Positions 10,140 to 19,722 of a stretch of 20,000 nucleotides of DNA are shown here, piece after piece (within the stretch, counting starts at the first letter, position 1; each line of letters opens with the position of its first letter). Location: contig MU053557.1 of assembly GCA_013239625.1 (NCBI GenBank), positions 1,990,496-2,010,495 on the forward strand, in the 5' to 3' direction. The notes below the pieces were generated by a model that was not told the origin of the DNA, did no database searches, and saw only the letters and a program-made list of their open reading frames with translations. Source of the stretch: Lama guanicoe (Eukaryota). Both the position numbers and the translations under genes were made by a program.

Positions 10140-10294
10140 ATATATATTTTTAAACTTCTTTCTGAGTAAGAGGAATAGGGTTTTTTGTATCATTTTAAAA
10201 ATATGTATTCAATTTTCTGCTGCTTCTGACCCTAGACTTCCAGTGAGATAAGTAAACAAGATAAGGCGGTGATTCAGGACAAAGGCTCTTCATT

Positions 10295-10475
10295 CACGTA
10301 ACCGGCTGTGTGCTTCCGGGCAAGTTACTTAGTGACTCTGAGCATATATATATAAAATGGAAATATTAAACCTACCTCCTAGGGTTATTGGGAGGATGTA
10401 ATGAGGCAATTCCTGTAAAGGGCTTAGCACAGGGTCTGGGCAAAGGAAGCACCCAGGGAAGGTTAGCTGTCTGCT
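10295..10475 (+). mobile_element. MIR SINE
   Basis: ggctgtgtgcttccgggcaagttacttagtgactctgagc...taaaatggaaatattaaacctacctcctagggttattgggaggatgtaatgag...gtaaagggcttagcacag. Confidence 0.75.
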
Positions 10476-10686
10476 TGTACTCATCCAGGCAGGTTAATCT
10501 TGTAAAGTTCCACTGTGCCGACTGCAGTGGGGCTGCTGTTTCACTGTGCTGTAGACACGGGGTTAACAGTGATCGTGGCCGCGTTTGGAGGAGAAGTCAA
10601 GATAACTCTTGTAAAGTTTTTAGCACAGGGTGTGACACGCAGTAAACTACATGACAGTAAATGTGAGGCATTATTATTTCCTGTGC

Positions 10687-10900
10687 CTCATTCATTCCAC
10701 AGGCACATACAGGATGCCTTTTATGAGTAAGACCCTTTGCTGGGCTGCAGTGAAGAACAAAAGCAAGTAAGATACGATCTTAATGTAACATGCACACATG
10801 GAAGAGACCCAGGAAAACTGAGTAACTCACCAAAATGGCCAAAGCCCTCCCCTTAAAGAGCTCATGTCTCTTTGGGGAGACAGCCATAAAAACGAATAAT
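10687..10900 (-). mobile_element. L2 3' fragment, interrupted by a short LTR-like piece at about 10780-10857
   Basis: tcattcattccacaggcacatac...aacaaaagcaagtaagatac and ccttaaagagctcatgtctctttggggagacag match the antisense L2 3' end. Confidence 0.5.
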
Positions 10901-10934
10901 TATGATGCAGTTAATAAATCTTAAAACAAAGGAC

Positions 10935-11040
10935 TGACTGTGTCAGGCACTGGGTAAAGCGCTTTTACCTACACAATCTCACGTAACTCTTTCTACGACC
11001 CACTGAGATGGGAGTCACCGTTTTCTCCACGTCACACATA
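10935..11040 (-). mobile_element. MIR SINE fragment
   Basis: ctgtgtcaggcactgggtaaagcgcttttacctacacaatctcacgtaactct...acgacccactgagatggg. Confidence 0.65.
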
Positions 11041-11679
11041 AGAGGTTTGTGCTCAATAAATGTTACTATAAGGAAGCAAAATGGGAGAAAATGGTTACAG
11101 ATCACAATTTAGCATTCCTGTATTTGTGCTTGGGACAGTTATTAAAGCTGCATTTTTTTAAAAATGCAAATGGTCTGATTTTTAACCATCCGGAGAAACC
11201 CATGACACTGCAGGTTGCAAACCTCCGAATACACTGAGAGGCATGTATGTTGGGCAGTGAGTCCCAGCATCACGGTCCTGGTGCTGCTAGTTTGGAAAAT
11301 GTGCCCTTCAGCCGCCAATTGCGTACACAGTGTGGAGAGCCAAGAGAGGCTGTGAGAGAGCTTGGATCATTCACTGCTATCCTTCCCTAAGAAGCTAACG
11401 GGAAAACTTCAGCCCAGAGACAGGAGAAGTAAGGTACGTGCTCTCGGAGTACCTGAAGCAAACCACTCCAGCTAAGGAATCAGTCGAACTGCCCGTGTTA
11501 GAGAAGGGAAGGGTGGAACCATCGCCTAATGGCAAAACTGGCCCAGGAGGCTTACTGCAACCCATCCTCTGTCTCAGTCTCACCTCCACTCCTTCCAGAA
11601 GTCAGCCCTCTGTCCCACATCCCAAACTGGCTGGCCATAAGTTCCTCCTCAGTTCCCAGAGTCCCCACTGCCTCACAGA

Positions 11680-11783
11680 GCACATAAGCTCCATGAGGTT
11701 AAGGAGGTGTCTTGTCCCCACTGCACCCAGCACAGTGCCTGGAATGCAACCGGCGTTCAATAACTACTTCATTACTGAATGCA
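11680..11783 (+). mobile_element. L2 LINE 3' end
   Basis: taagctccatgagg...tgtcttgtccccactgcacccagcacagtgcctggaatgc...ttcaataactacttcattactgaatgcat. Confidence 0.6.
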
Positions 11784-12514
11784 TACTGCTGGCTATATTG
11801 CATGGAACTGCAGTGGGATTTAGCATCTTCATGGCTGAGGAGCTTCTGATGTCTTCCCTCGAGGCTAGAGGACAGGAGACGTACCCGCCACTTTGTCCCC
11901 AGGATCCCTTCCAGCCCCTGTCTGGTTGACAAGGGTGTTTCTTGACTTAAGGCCAGGTGTGCTAGGAATGGCACGTAGGTGCTGGCAGGGGATTCAGCGG
12001 TAATTGGGAAAGGAAAAAAAGAAGTCAAACCAGAACGGAGCCAGATCAAGAGGAGAGCGAAAACCAACTGACGCGGGCGCAGCCCTCTGAGCAGGTTGTC
12101 CTGGTTTTGCAGAGTTAAGGACGATACTGCTGCACACAGAGAAGTATTTTAATTGGTTGCCAAGGCAATGCAGCAGATTCAGTGGGCATGGAGCCAGAAA
12201 AGATCTCTGCAGAGCTGTGTTCAGCTTTGTGTTAGAAAGGAAAAGAGTTTGCTATTAAACACGTTGCTTTTTATTGTTTTGGTTTTGTTTTCTTAAATCT
12301 TTGAAACACTAAGATTTTTTTTTTCCCAATCAGAAAACTTTGTGGTTGAGATATGTCCTGAGTTTTCTAAGTGCTTCATTCCATTTGCTGTCCTAAGGCT
12401 TAGAGAATTAGGCAAACTTCATCCTATGGAGGGCTTGTCCCAATTGCTTGGGCAAGGAGGGAGGGACCAGGAAACAGAGAAGCCAGAAAGGAGGTCGGCA
12501 TTGTTAATCAGCAT

Positions 12515-12690
12515 CTTGATAACTATGACCATCATATAACACACACTGTGCACCAGACACCGTGTGAAATAAGCATGACTTTCTTGAATCCTCCTAACAA
12601 CCCTTGGAGGTCCATGGTATTTTCTCATTTTACAGATGAAGAAACTATTGACAAGTGGCAGAGACAGGATTTGAACCAGGAGAGACAAGG
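12515..12690 (-). mobile_element. MIR SINE
   Basis: gaatcctcctaacaacccttggagg...ctcattttacagatgaagaaact...gtggcagagacaggatttgaaccagg. Confidence 0.75.
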
Positions 12691-13244
12691 ATGGTGGTGC
12701 CCTGGCGCCCCACAGAGCCCTGGGCTCTCTGACATTGCTGGTGGGTTCCTGTTGGCAGCAACACCAGCATTGTAACACTGCTGATAAACTTCCAAAGCAT
12801 AAGGTCATCCCTAGCCTGTCCAACTCCATGTTCCAATCTACCTCATGATATGCTGTGTCAACTGGGTGCCACTTGGTCATGACTTTAAGGACTTAAGTAT
12901 TAGGCATGAGTCTAGGTGAAGAGATAGGGAGCCAAGAGCGGGAAATGGAGGCAGAGAAAAGAGGAGGGTAGGTGTGGCAATTGGCAGAGAAGACACGTGG
13001 GAGATACAGACAGGGCAACAAAAACCAGGGAGGAAGAGGGGAGGAGAGGGAGAAGCTGATCAAGGCAGCAAGTGCGCAGGGGAGGGATACTTGGGAGATA
13101 TGTTATCAGGAGACCGACAGGCTCTGATCCAGAGCTGGTCTGCTTTTCCTGAAATATAAACAGAGTCAGAGCAAAATATTTCTGCTTCGTTTCTTTCGGA
13201 AACCTGTCATCGGGGTAGGCAATGGTCTATTATAGGTGGGGAGT

Positions 13245-13345
13245 AATAGAGCCTGAAATTCAGGAAAGTCGGCTTCTAATCCTGTCTTAGCTGAGAATCA
13301 GCTCTGTGAGGTGACATCTGGGTGCTTAGTAAATATTCGCAATGA
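13245..13345 (+). mobile_element. MIR fragment (5' and 3' pieces)
   Basis: ggcttctaatcctgtcttagctgagaatcagctctgtga...ggtgcttagtaaatattc. Confidence 0.4.
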
Positions 13346-13509
13346 CTACGGTTGTAGAAAAAGTCTCAGATTCTCCCAGTCTCAGGATTCCAGCATCTCA
13401 AATTTCAAAGTTGCCTTCTTCGTATCTTACAGAGTATGCACATGATACAGAAGTGGTTGCATTTATGTTTTTAAGAAAAATATTTATCAGTTGAAAGGTT
13501 TTCAGAAAA

Positions 13510-13832
13510 AACAGCTACCATTTTTGAACACTTACAGTCTTCACGGGCCTGAGCTAAATACCTACAAAAGTGATTTAAGACACATAAGTAAAATTAATTT
13601 AATTTAAATTAAAATGTTGGGGTGGGGTGGGTCTAGCTCAGTGGTAGAGCATGTGTTTAGCATGCACAAGGTCCTAGGTTCAATCCCCAGTACCTCCATT
13701 AAAAAAAAAAATATTTACCCCACAGAGCAGTACTGTTTTACAGGAAAGGAAACTGAGGCTCAGGAGCACTAAGTAGCTTGCCCCCAATTAATCATATAGA
13801 CTGACTCTAAGCCCACAGCCTTGACCATCCCA
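13510..13832 (-). mobile_element. MIR SINE split by a younger tRNA-derived SINE
   Basis: acagctaccatttttgaacacttac... on the left and ttttacaggaaaggaaactgaggctcaggagcactaagtagcttgccc on the right. Confidence 0.6.
13619..13711 (+). mobile_element. tRNA-Ala(AGC)-derived SINE (camelid Vic-1-like) with poly(A) tail
   Basis: gggtctagctcagtggtagagcatgtgtttagcatgcacaaggtcctaggttcaatccccagtacctccatt-A11; A box 13634-13644, B box 13677-13687; possible TSD aaaatgtt/aaaatatt at a TT/AAAA site. Confidence 0.85.
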
Positions 13833-14389
13833 TTATACTGGTTGGTCCTGCAGCACTGTGGCCCTGCCTCCCTTGTGCAGAGAGTGTATGTAGCACGTAT
13901 TTTTTTATTTATTAACATGGCATTAGTAAATTCCTCTCAAATCATATTGCAAATCTTGTCACTCCAGAACTACACAGTACCAACCACACGTGCAGGGACT
14001 GAATGAATCTCCCAATTCCTTTGCATTCTAGAATCTCACACCTGAAAGGGATCGTGAAAGTCCTCCAAGCCAGCAGCCACTCTCCTGTGCTCCAGTCCTC
14101 TCTCTGACTTCCCACAGAGATGCCCTGTTGCCCTCAGGCCCCCAGTGTGCGGGAGTTTCCTGTGCCTGAACCGGCTCTATTCCCTCCACCTCTGAACAGC
14201 ACTCTGAGAAAAGCCTTCCTGAAACTGAGCCACACAAAACGCACCTGCTCCATGGGAGCCTACGGGTCTTTGAAGGCCTCTCAGGGGGGTTGCATCTCGT
14301 TTTTGTATTTTACTTTCAATCATATTTTCTCCAGGCTGAAGTACCTTCCTTAGTTCACCTGGTGAGCCGGCTGAGCTATTCCTAACCCA

Positions 14390-14645
14390 GGCGGTGAGAC
14401 AGAGGAATAAGAGCAGGGGCTCTGAAGTTGTGAGAGTGGGTTTCAAATCCCAGTTCTGCCTCTTGTTAGCTGTATGAACTTGGGTTAGACGTTTAACCTC
14501 CCTGAGCCTCAATCTCGTCACCTGAGGATGGGGTAACATACAACCTACCCCATGCGTTGGTTCCTAGGATAAAATGAGATGACACGCGTGACCCACCCAA
14601 GGACTGGCCTGTAAGTGCATTAGTCCATGGTGATGATATTTGTTA
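14390..14645 (+). mobile_element. MIR SINE, near full length
   Basis: gggtttcaaatcccagttctgcctcttgttagctgtatgaacttgggttagacgtttaacctccctgagcctcaatctcgtcacctgaggatgggg. Confidence 0.85.
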
Positions 14646-15074
14646 TCTTTTAGTAGTAGTATTGCCCCTCTCCCTGCATAGGTATCCATCTTATTCCACT
14701 GAGAGCACCTCTTTCAGGATCCAGTTGCTTTTTGCATAAACCACCCACAAACAAGCATATCAGGGTCTTGTCCCATAAAAGATCTCTGAAGCATCTCCAC
14801 GTGGGGATTTCACGAAGAATGCCAGACTCCTAGATAATCTCTCTTGGGATCTCTTCCCTATAAAGAGCTCCCAGACGTAGCAAACCTGCTAAAACAACAC
14901 TTTAACAGGAATGCTACCCTTGAAAGCACTTAGAAAACAAAATACCTCTTTTTCGTTCTGTACGTTTTGGAGGGCACTTGTCACATTCTGTGGGTGCACA
15001 GTAGGCTACTGGTATAAACGAAAGTCCATGAAAGGAAGAAATGCTGCACTGCAGTCATAATACTGCTAGCAGGT

Positions 15075-15190
15075 ACTCATTACACAAACATATATTGAGT
15101 GCTGTCACTATGTACCAGACACTAAACGAGGCACCAGGATAGAGCCATGAACAAGATAGACATAGAATGTACACTCTACAAATCCACGGT
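15075..15190 (-). mobile_element. L2 LINE 3' end
   Basis: tcattacacaaacatatattgagtgctgtcactatgtaccagacact...gatagagccatgaacaagatagacatag. Confidence 0.65.
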
Positions 15191-15625
15191 CTGAGTTGGG
15201 TTCCACCCAGAACTAGACTCTGACATGAGGACTGAATGCTCACAGATCATTTGGGAGGATGAGGACATTGGTAGGGGAGTGGGGACATCATACAGGAGAG
15301 GGAGGGTGACCAGTAAAGGTGAGTTTTGAAGCCAGTCACCACAGTGGGCTACTGAAGCTTAATCCTTTGGGAGAACTCTGGGAAACAGTGGAAAACTCAG
15401 ATCTCAGAATTATCCTGGCTGAGAGGTGAGAGATCTGTGTATCTATACCCCATACTTAACAGTCACGGTTAAGAGCTACCCCAGGGGCAAAGTAGGTTCT
15501 AGAAGCTCAAGGGAAGGCTTCCAGCAGAACTGCAGGTGCTGGCTATGGGAAGTGAAGCTGGATTGCACAAAAATGGTAAAGGGACCTGAAAAGATACGGG
15601 TAGAGCCCCAACAGTGTCACATACA
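15190..15625. mobile_element. ERVL-class solo LTR (LTR16/LTR33-like) inserted into L2
   Basis: gttgggttccacccagaactagactctgacatgagg...atttgggagg...cagtgggctactgaagcttaatcctttgggagaactctgggaaacagtgg...ctcagaattatcc; subfamily uncertain. Confidence 0.5.
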
Positions 15626-15699
15626 TACATACACACGACATAGCCAAAATAGTCACCAGCTGTGACTAGTGCCTGCTCCATAAACTAACTCTTATCTAT

Positions 15700-16240
15700 A
15701 CAAGGATATGAAACAGAGGATAAAAGGAAGATCTTTGATCGGGGTGGTTAAGAAGGGAGAACTGTGTGCTGAGACCTGAGTGAGGAGAGGAAGGCAGCTC
15801 TGTGAGGAGGAGAGGATTGGGTTCCAGCTCCAGAAAATATCTGGAGCCTGATCTCAGAAGGAACTTGATGAGTTTGGGGAACGGACCGAACACCCTCTTG
15901 GCTGGAGGCTGATAAGCAGTGAGGTGAGTGGTATGAGAAAAGGCTGCAGAGGAAGCTCCTGAGGGCCCGAGAAGCCATGATAACGGGGGGCGGGGGGAGG
16001 AGACTGGATCCTGGATGCAGCAAGAAAGCTGAAAGCAGGAAAGTCACCTGACCTGATTTTCTGTGTCACACATTACTTTGGCTCCTGTGTGGGAAATGAA
16101 TTTCTGGGGGACAAGAATGGGAGTAGAAGATCAATTCTAGTCTTCCGGATGGGTGGCCTGGACTAAGATGGTACCAGTGATGGAGAGAAATGGGTGAGTT
16201 TGAGAGCAAATCCAGAAATAGAAACAAAGGAACCTGCTGC
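15700..16240 (-). mobile_element. L2 LINE, continuation of the 15075 element
   Basis: gtgctgagacctgag...gacctgattttctgtgtcacacattactttggctcctgtgtggga...gatgggtggcctggactaagatggtaccagtgatggagagaaatgggtgagtttgagag. Confidence 0.6.
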
Positions 16241-16279
16241 CACTGGGGCGTGCAAATTCGACCCTTTGCGTGTCACTAA

Positions 16280-16445
16280 CCTTACTGAACATCACTACGT
16301 CAAACACTTCTGTTTAACACTGGCAACCTAAAGGCGGGTACCATTACCTTCATCCCCATTTCACAGGTAGGGAGACTGAGGCTCAGAAAGATTAACTCGC
16401 TCAGAGTCACCCTGACAGCAAGAGACAAAGCTGGATTTGGCCATA
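16280..16445 (-). mobile_element. MIR SINE
   Basis: catccccatttcacaggtagggagactgaggctcagaaagattaactcgctcagagtcacc. Confidence 0.7.
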
Positions 16446-16589
16446 ACTGATGGTCACTAAGTGCTCTGTTGCAGCTTTAAAACCGAGCGGAGGTGGGGAT
16501 CGGCTGCATGTCACCCTCTCTGAATGTGCACCTCACTGTTCACTTCAACAGTATTCAACTTTCAAGGTGTCACTCAGGCAGAGGGCAAA

Positions 16590-16730
16590 GCCTAGGCACT
16601 AAAATCAAGAGTTGAATTTGAATCCCAGCTCCCTCACTAGCTGGCTGTCATTGGAACTCTCTGAGCTTCATTCTCCTCCTCAGTGAAATAGAAATATCTA
16701 CTTCAAATGGTTGTTCTTCGTATTTAATGG
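16590..16730 (+). mobile_element. MIR SINE
   Basis: tgaatttgaatcccagctccctcactagctggctgt...aactctctgagcttcattctcctcctcagtgaaatag. Confidence 0.65.
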
Positions 16731-17019
16731 AACCTTGTAAAGGCTGAATCACCAGGTTGTTCCAGAGTCAACTCAGATCCCCTCCCTAGGAGCCTCCAGC
16801 CTTGAGCAGAACTGGGGCCACAACAGGCTTCTGTCCTTGGGACTTGGTTCAGGAGACTTGATTCTGAGGACTCAGAGGGACAGGTTCCTTCAAAGGGAAT
16901 TCCTCCCATAACTTAGCCTGAGGCCCGACCTAGACTGGGTGCTATGGAAAGGCACTCCTGATCCAAGTCCATTTCAGACTTGCTTTAAAAGTGCCACCTT
17001 GAAAGGAATCATAAAAGAC

Positions 17020-17190
17020 AGGGGCTGAGATCTAAAAAGGACCATAAAAAACATTTGGCCCAATGCCTGATTATACAAATGAAGAGTCGAGGCTTAGTGA
17101 GAAGAAAGGACTAGCCAAGGCCATACAGTTTGCCAGTGAATAGACACCAGGGCCAAACTCCCGGCTTTCTGAATCTTGGACTGAGCACTT
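17020..17190 (-). mobile_element. MIR (MIR3/MIRc-like) SINE
   Basis: attatacaaatgaagagtcgaggcttagtgagaagaaaggactagccaaggccatacag. Confidence 0.6.
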
Positions 17191-17634
17191 GGTATTTTAA
17201 CTGCTTTACATTTTGCCCTGGCCATTGTAATTAGTCTGCTGGGCTTGGGTCAGAGGCCTCCAAACCAGATTTCAGCATAAAGAATTCCTTGAGGAACATG
17301 CACACATGCAGATCATGTGTCATGTTTTGCATCGTGGCCTGGTGAGGGTACTTGCAGACCTTTGGCGCTTCAAGTGCCATTTCATCTGAAAAGCAAGCCA
17401 GCATTTACCTGGCCTCACAGTTTATGCCAGTTTTCAGCCTCAAAAGGCAGGTCCAACGACTCAGGGGGAAAGAACAAGAGACGAGCTATACAGAAAGACA
17501 TAAAATAAAACTAAGATGGCAATGAAAGAAAAGCCTTTCAAATGTCAAGCAAAAGGTATGAAAGAGATGAGCATGGAATTGGCATCAAGTGGCTTCAGTT
17601 TCATGGGTATTGTTCTCTAGAAGCACTTTCTTTT

Positions 17635-18093
17635 CTGGTATTGTTATTTTTTATTGAAATGCAGTTGATTTGCAGTGTTAGTTTCTGGTGTACAGAAAAA
17701 GTGATTCAGTTATCCAGATACATACATACTTTTTTTTTAGTTTCTTTTCCATTATGGCTCATTGCAAGAACTGAATATAGTTCCCTGTGCTATACAGTAG
17801 ATCCTTGTTGTTTATCTCTTTTATATATAGTAGAGTGTATCTGTTAATCCCAAACTCCTAATCTATCTCTCCTCCCCCTTTCCCCTTTGGTAACCATAAG
17901 TTTCTTTTCTATGTCTGTGAGTCTATTTCTGTTTTATAAATAAATTTATTTGTATCAATTTTTAGATTCCACATATGATATATGATATTTGTTCTCTGTC
18001 TGATTTACTTCACTTAGTATGATAATCTCTAGGTCCATCCATGTTGCTGCAAATGGCATTATTTCATTCTTCTTTATGGCTAAGTAGTATTCC

Positions 18094-18139
<46 letters not shown>

Positions 18140-18267
18140 TATACCACATCTTCCTTATCCACTCATCTGTTGATGGGCATTTAGTTTGTTTCCATGCCTT
18201 GGCTACTTATTATAAATAGTGCTGCTGTGAACATTGGGGAGCATGTGTCTTTTCAAACTAGAGTTTG
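17635..18267 (-). mobile_element. 5'-truncated L1 (cetartiodactyl-type 3' UTR plus ORF2 C-terminus) with a perfect 15-bp TSD
   Basis: Minus-strand translation MEYYLAIKKNEIMPFAATWMDLEIIILSEVNQ is the L1 ORF2 C-terminus; TSD gaagcactttctttt at 17620-17634 and 18268-18282. Confidence 0.92.
18096..18140. repeat. (TG)n microsatellite expanded inside the L1
   Basis: tgtgtgtg...gtgtatgtgtgt. Confidence 0.95.
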
Positions 18268-18429
18268 GAAGCACTTTCTTTTGCAACCATTTGCCTGATC
18301 CCACCCACCATTTTGGTTTTGTCTTTTAAACATTTCAAATGATTTCCAAAAAATAGAAAAGTGATTACTGGCTCAGAGGGGATGCGTGTTTTTGAGACTT
18401 CTGATACATGTTATTAATTTGCTTTCATC

Positions 18430-18670
18430 TGTGTTTGCCAGAACTCTCTTAGTTGCAAGTGACAGAAACTCACCTCAACTGAATTCAAACCAAAGTGGGA
18501 ATTTGTCACCCCATGGAATGGGAAGTTCAGAGTGAGAGCTAGTCTCAGGGCCCTAAGGACCGAGATTATCTTGTCAGATTGCTCTCCTCTATCTTAACTC
18601 CAATTCTTTTCATATATTGGCATGATTTTCCCCCATTGCAAATAACATTCTCCATGATGTGGATGGAAGA
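18430..18670 (-). mobile_element. MaLR LTR fragment (MLT1J-like)
   Basis: ccagaactctcttagttgcaagtgacagaaactcacctcaactg matches the antisense MLT1 3' end. Confidence 0.6.
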
Positions 18671-18679
18671 AGGTTCCTC

Positions 18680-19200
18680 CCCTAGAGTTCTTAGCTGCAA
18701 ACAACAGAATCCACTGCTAATAATCATCATAATCATCATAATAAATTAAGAAGAGACAAGATTAATACATTCACAGAGTTTCTGGGAGGGTTGCAAAGCC
18801 TGATTTGAGGCCACTTTGCCAGGAACCATGCTCCAAGTGACCAGGTGCTGACTTCCAGAGCTGACCTTGCAGGCACTGAACACTGAGTCCTCCCTTGGCT
18901 CCCCCTCCTGTTACTGCAGTTGGAGGTCACCTTGGCATTAGCCCCCACTGCTTTCCCACAGAGGTGGAGATGAGTCTTCCCTGGGCCCCCTCTCTGGGTC
19001 ACTAACTCCCAATCTGAAGTTCACGTCGGGTCCCTGTCATTGACAAAGCCTAGAATCCTGGTTGAGAGCAAGGCTGATAAAGCTGGCATTTTCAACTTCT
19101 TAATTTTGAGACAGTTTCCACCAGCCACAAAAATTCATAAGGTAGATGAGTTCCCAAACATAGAAAGAAGGTTCAGAGGCATGGCATTCAAAAGAATCAA
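18680..19200 (-). mobile_element. Second old MaLR/ERVL LTR-like fragment
   Basis: ttcttagctgcaaacaacagaatccact...tcacagagtttctgggagggttg...; boundaries uncertain. Confidence 0.4.
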
Positions 19201-19722
19201 GAATATGTACTACACAAAACATGGCCACAGACAGCTGAGATTTACATCACCCCAGCTCCACAACCCCAGAAGAAAAGGACCACCTAGTTCAGTACCTAGC
19301 ATGGAGCAAATACCCGTTGTACCGAAATGATCCAGAAGCTTTAATAAATAAGGCCTGATTCTAAATCCTAAGTCTCCCTTGTGACAAACTGACAAAACTA
19401 AGATGAAATTAAATCACTGTGCCCCTCCAATTTCCTTATACCTAAAACATTTCTTCCCTGAACTTTTGTTTAAAGATGGGCAGGCTTACCTACCTCACTC
19501 GTGTCTAATTTTTATGGCTATCTGATTTCTTTTTGTTCCACTGGGTGGAAAACAGGATGTAATATTTCTGATAAATGGAAACTTGGTGATTTTACCAATG
19601 GAAGTCTACTGAAATAGAAAATAAGATTCTTAACTAGGAAGAATGTTAACAGGGTATAAAACTGTAGTTGGCACTTAAAGATACATAAGCAGGGTCAAAA
19701 CTGGGATCAAAAAGAACCCAAT

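Noticed and set aside
11438..12880. Long ORFs 11438-11929 (+, 163 aa) and 12419-12880 (-, 153 aa)
   Set aside because: They overlap L2 and MIR remnants, have no recognisable domain or SH3 similarity, and fit chance ORFs.
13624..13698. Functional tRNA-Ala(AGC) gene
   Set aside because: Stem mismatches, an A-tail, a probable TSD, insertion into a MIR and a second diverged copy at 10001-10139 indicate a tRNA-derived SINE.
17955..18149. 64-aa minus-strand ORF as a host gene
   Set aside because: It is the L1 ORF2 C-terminal remnant; the HT repeats come from a microsatellite.
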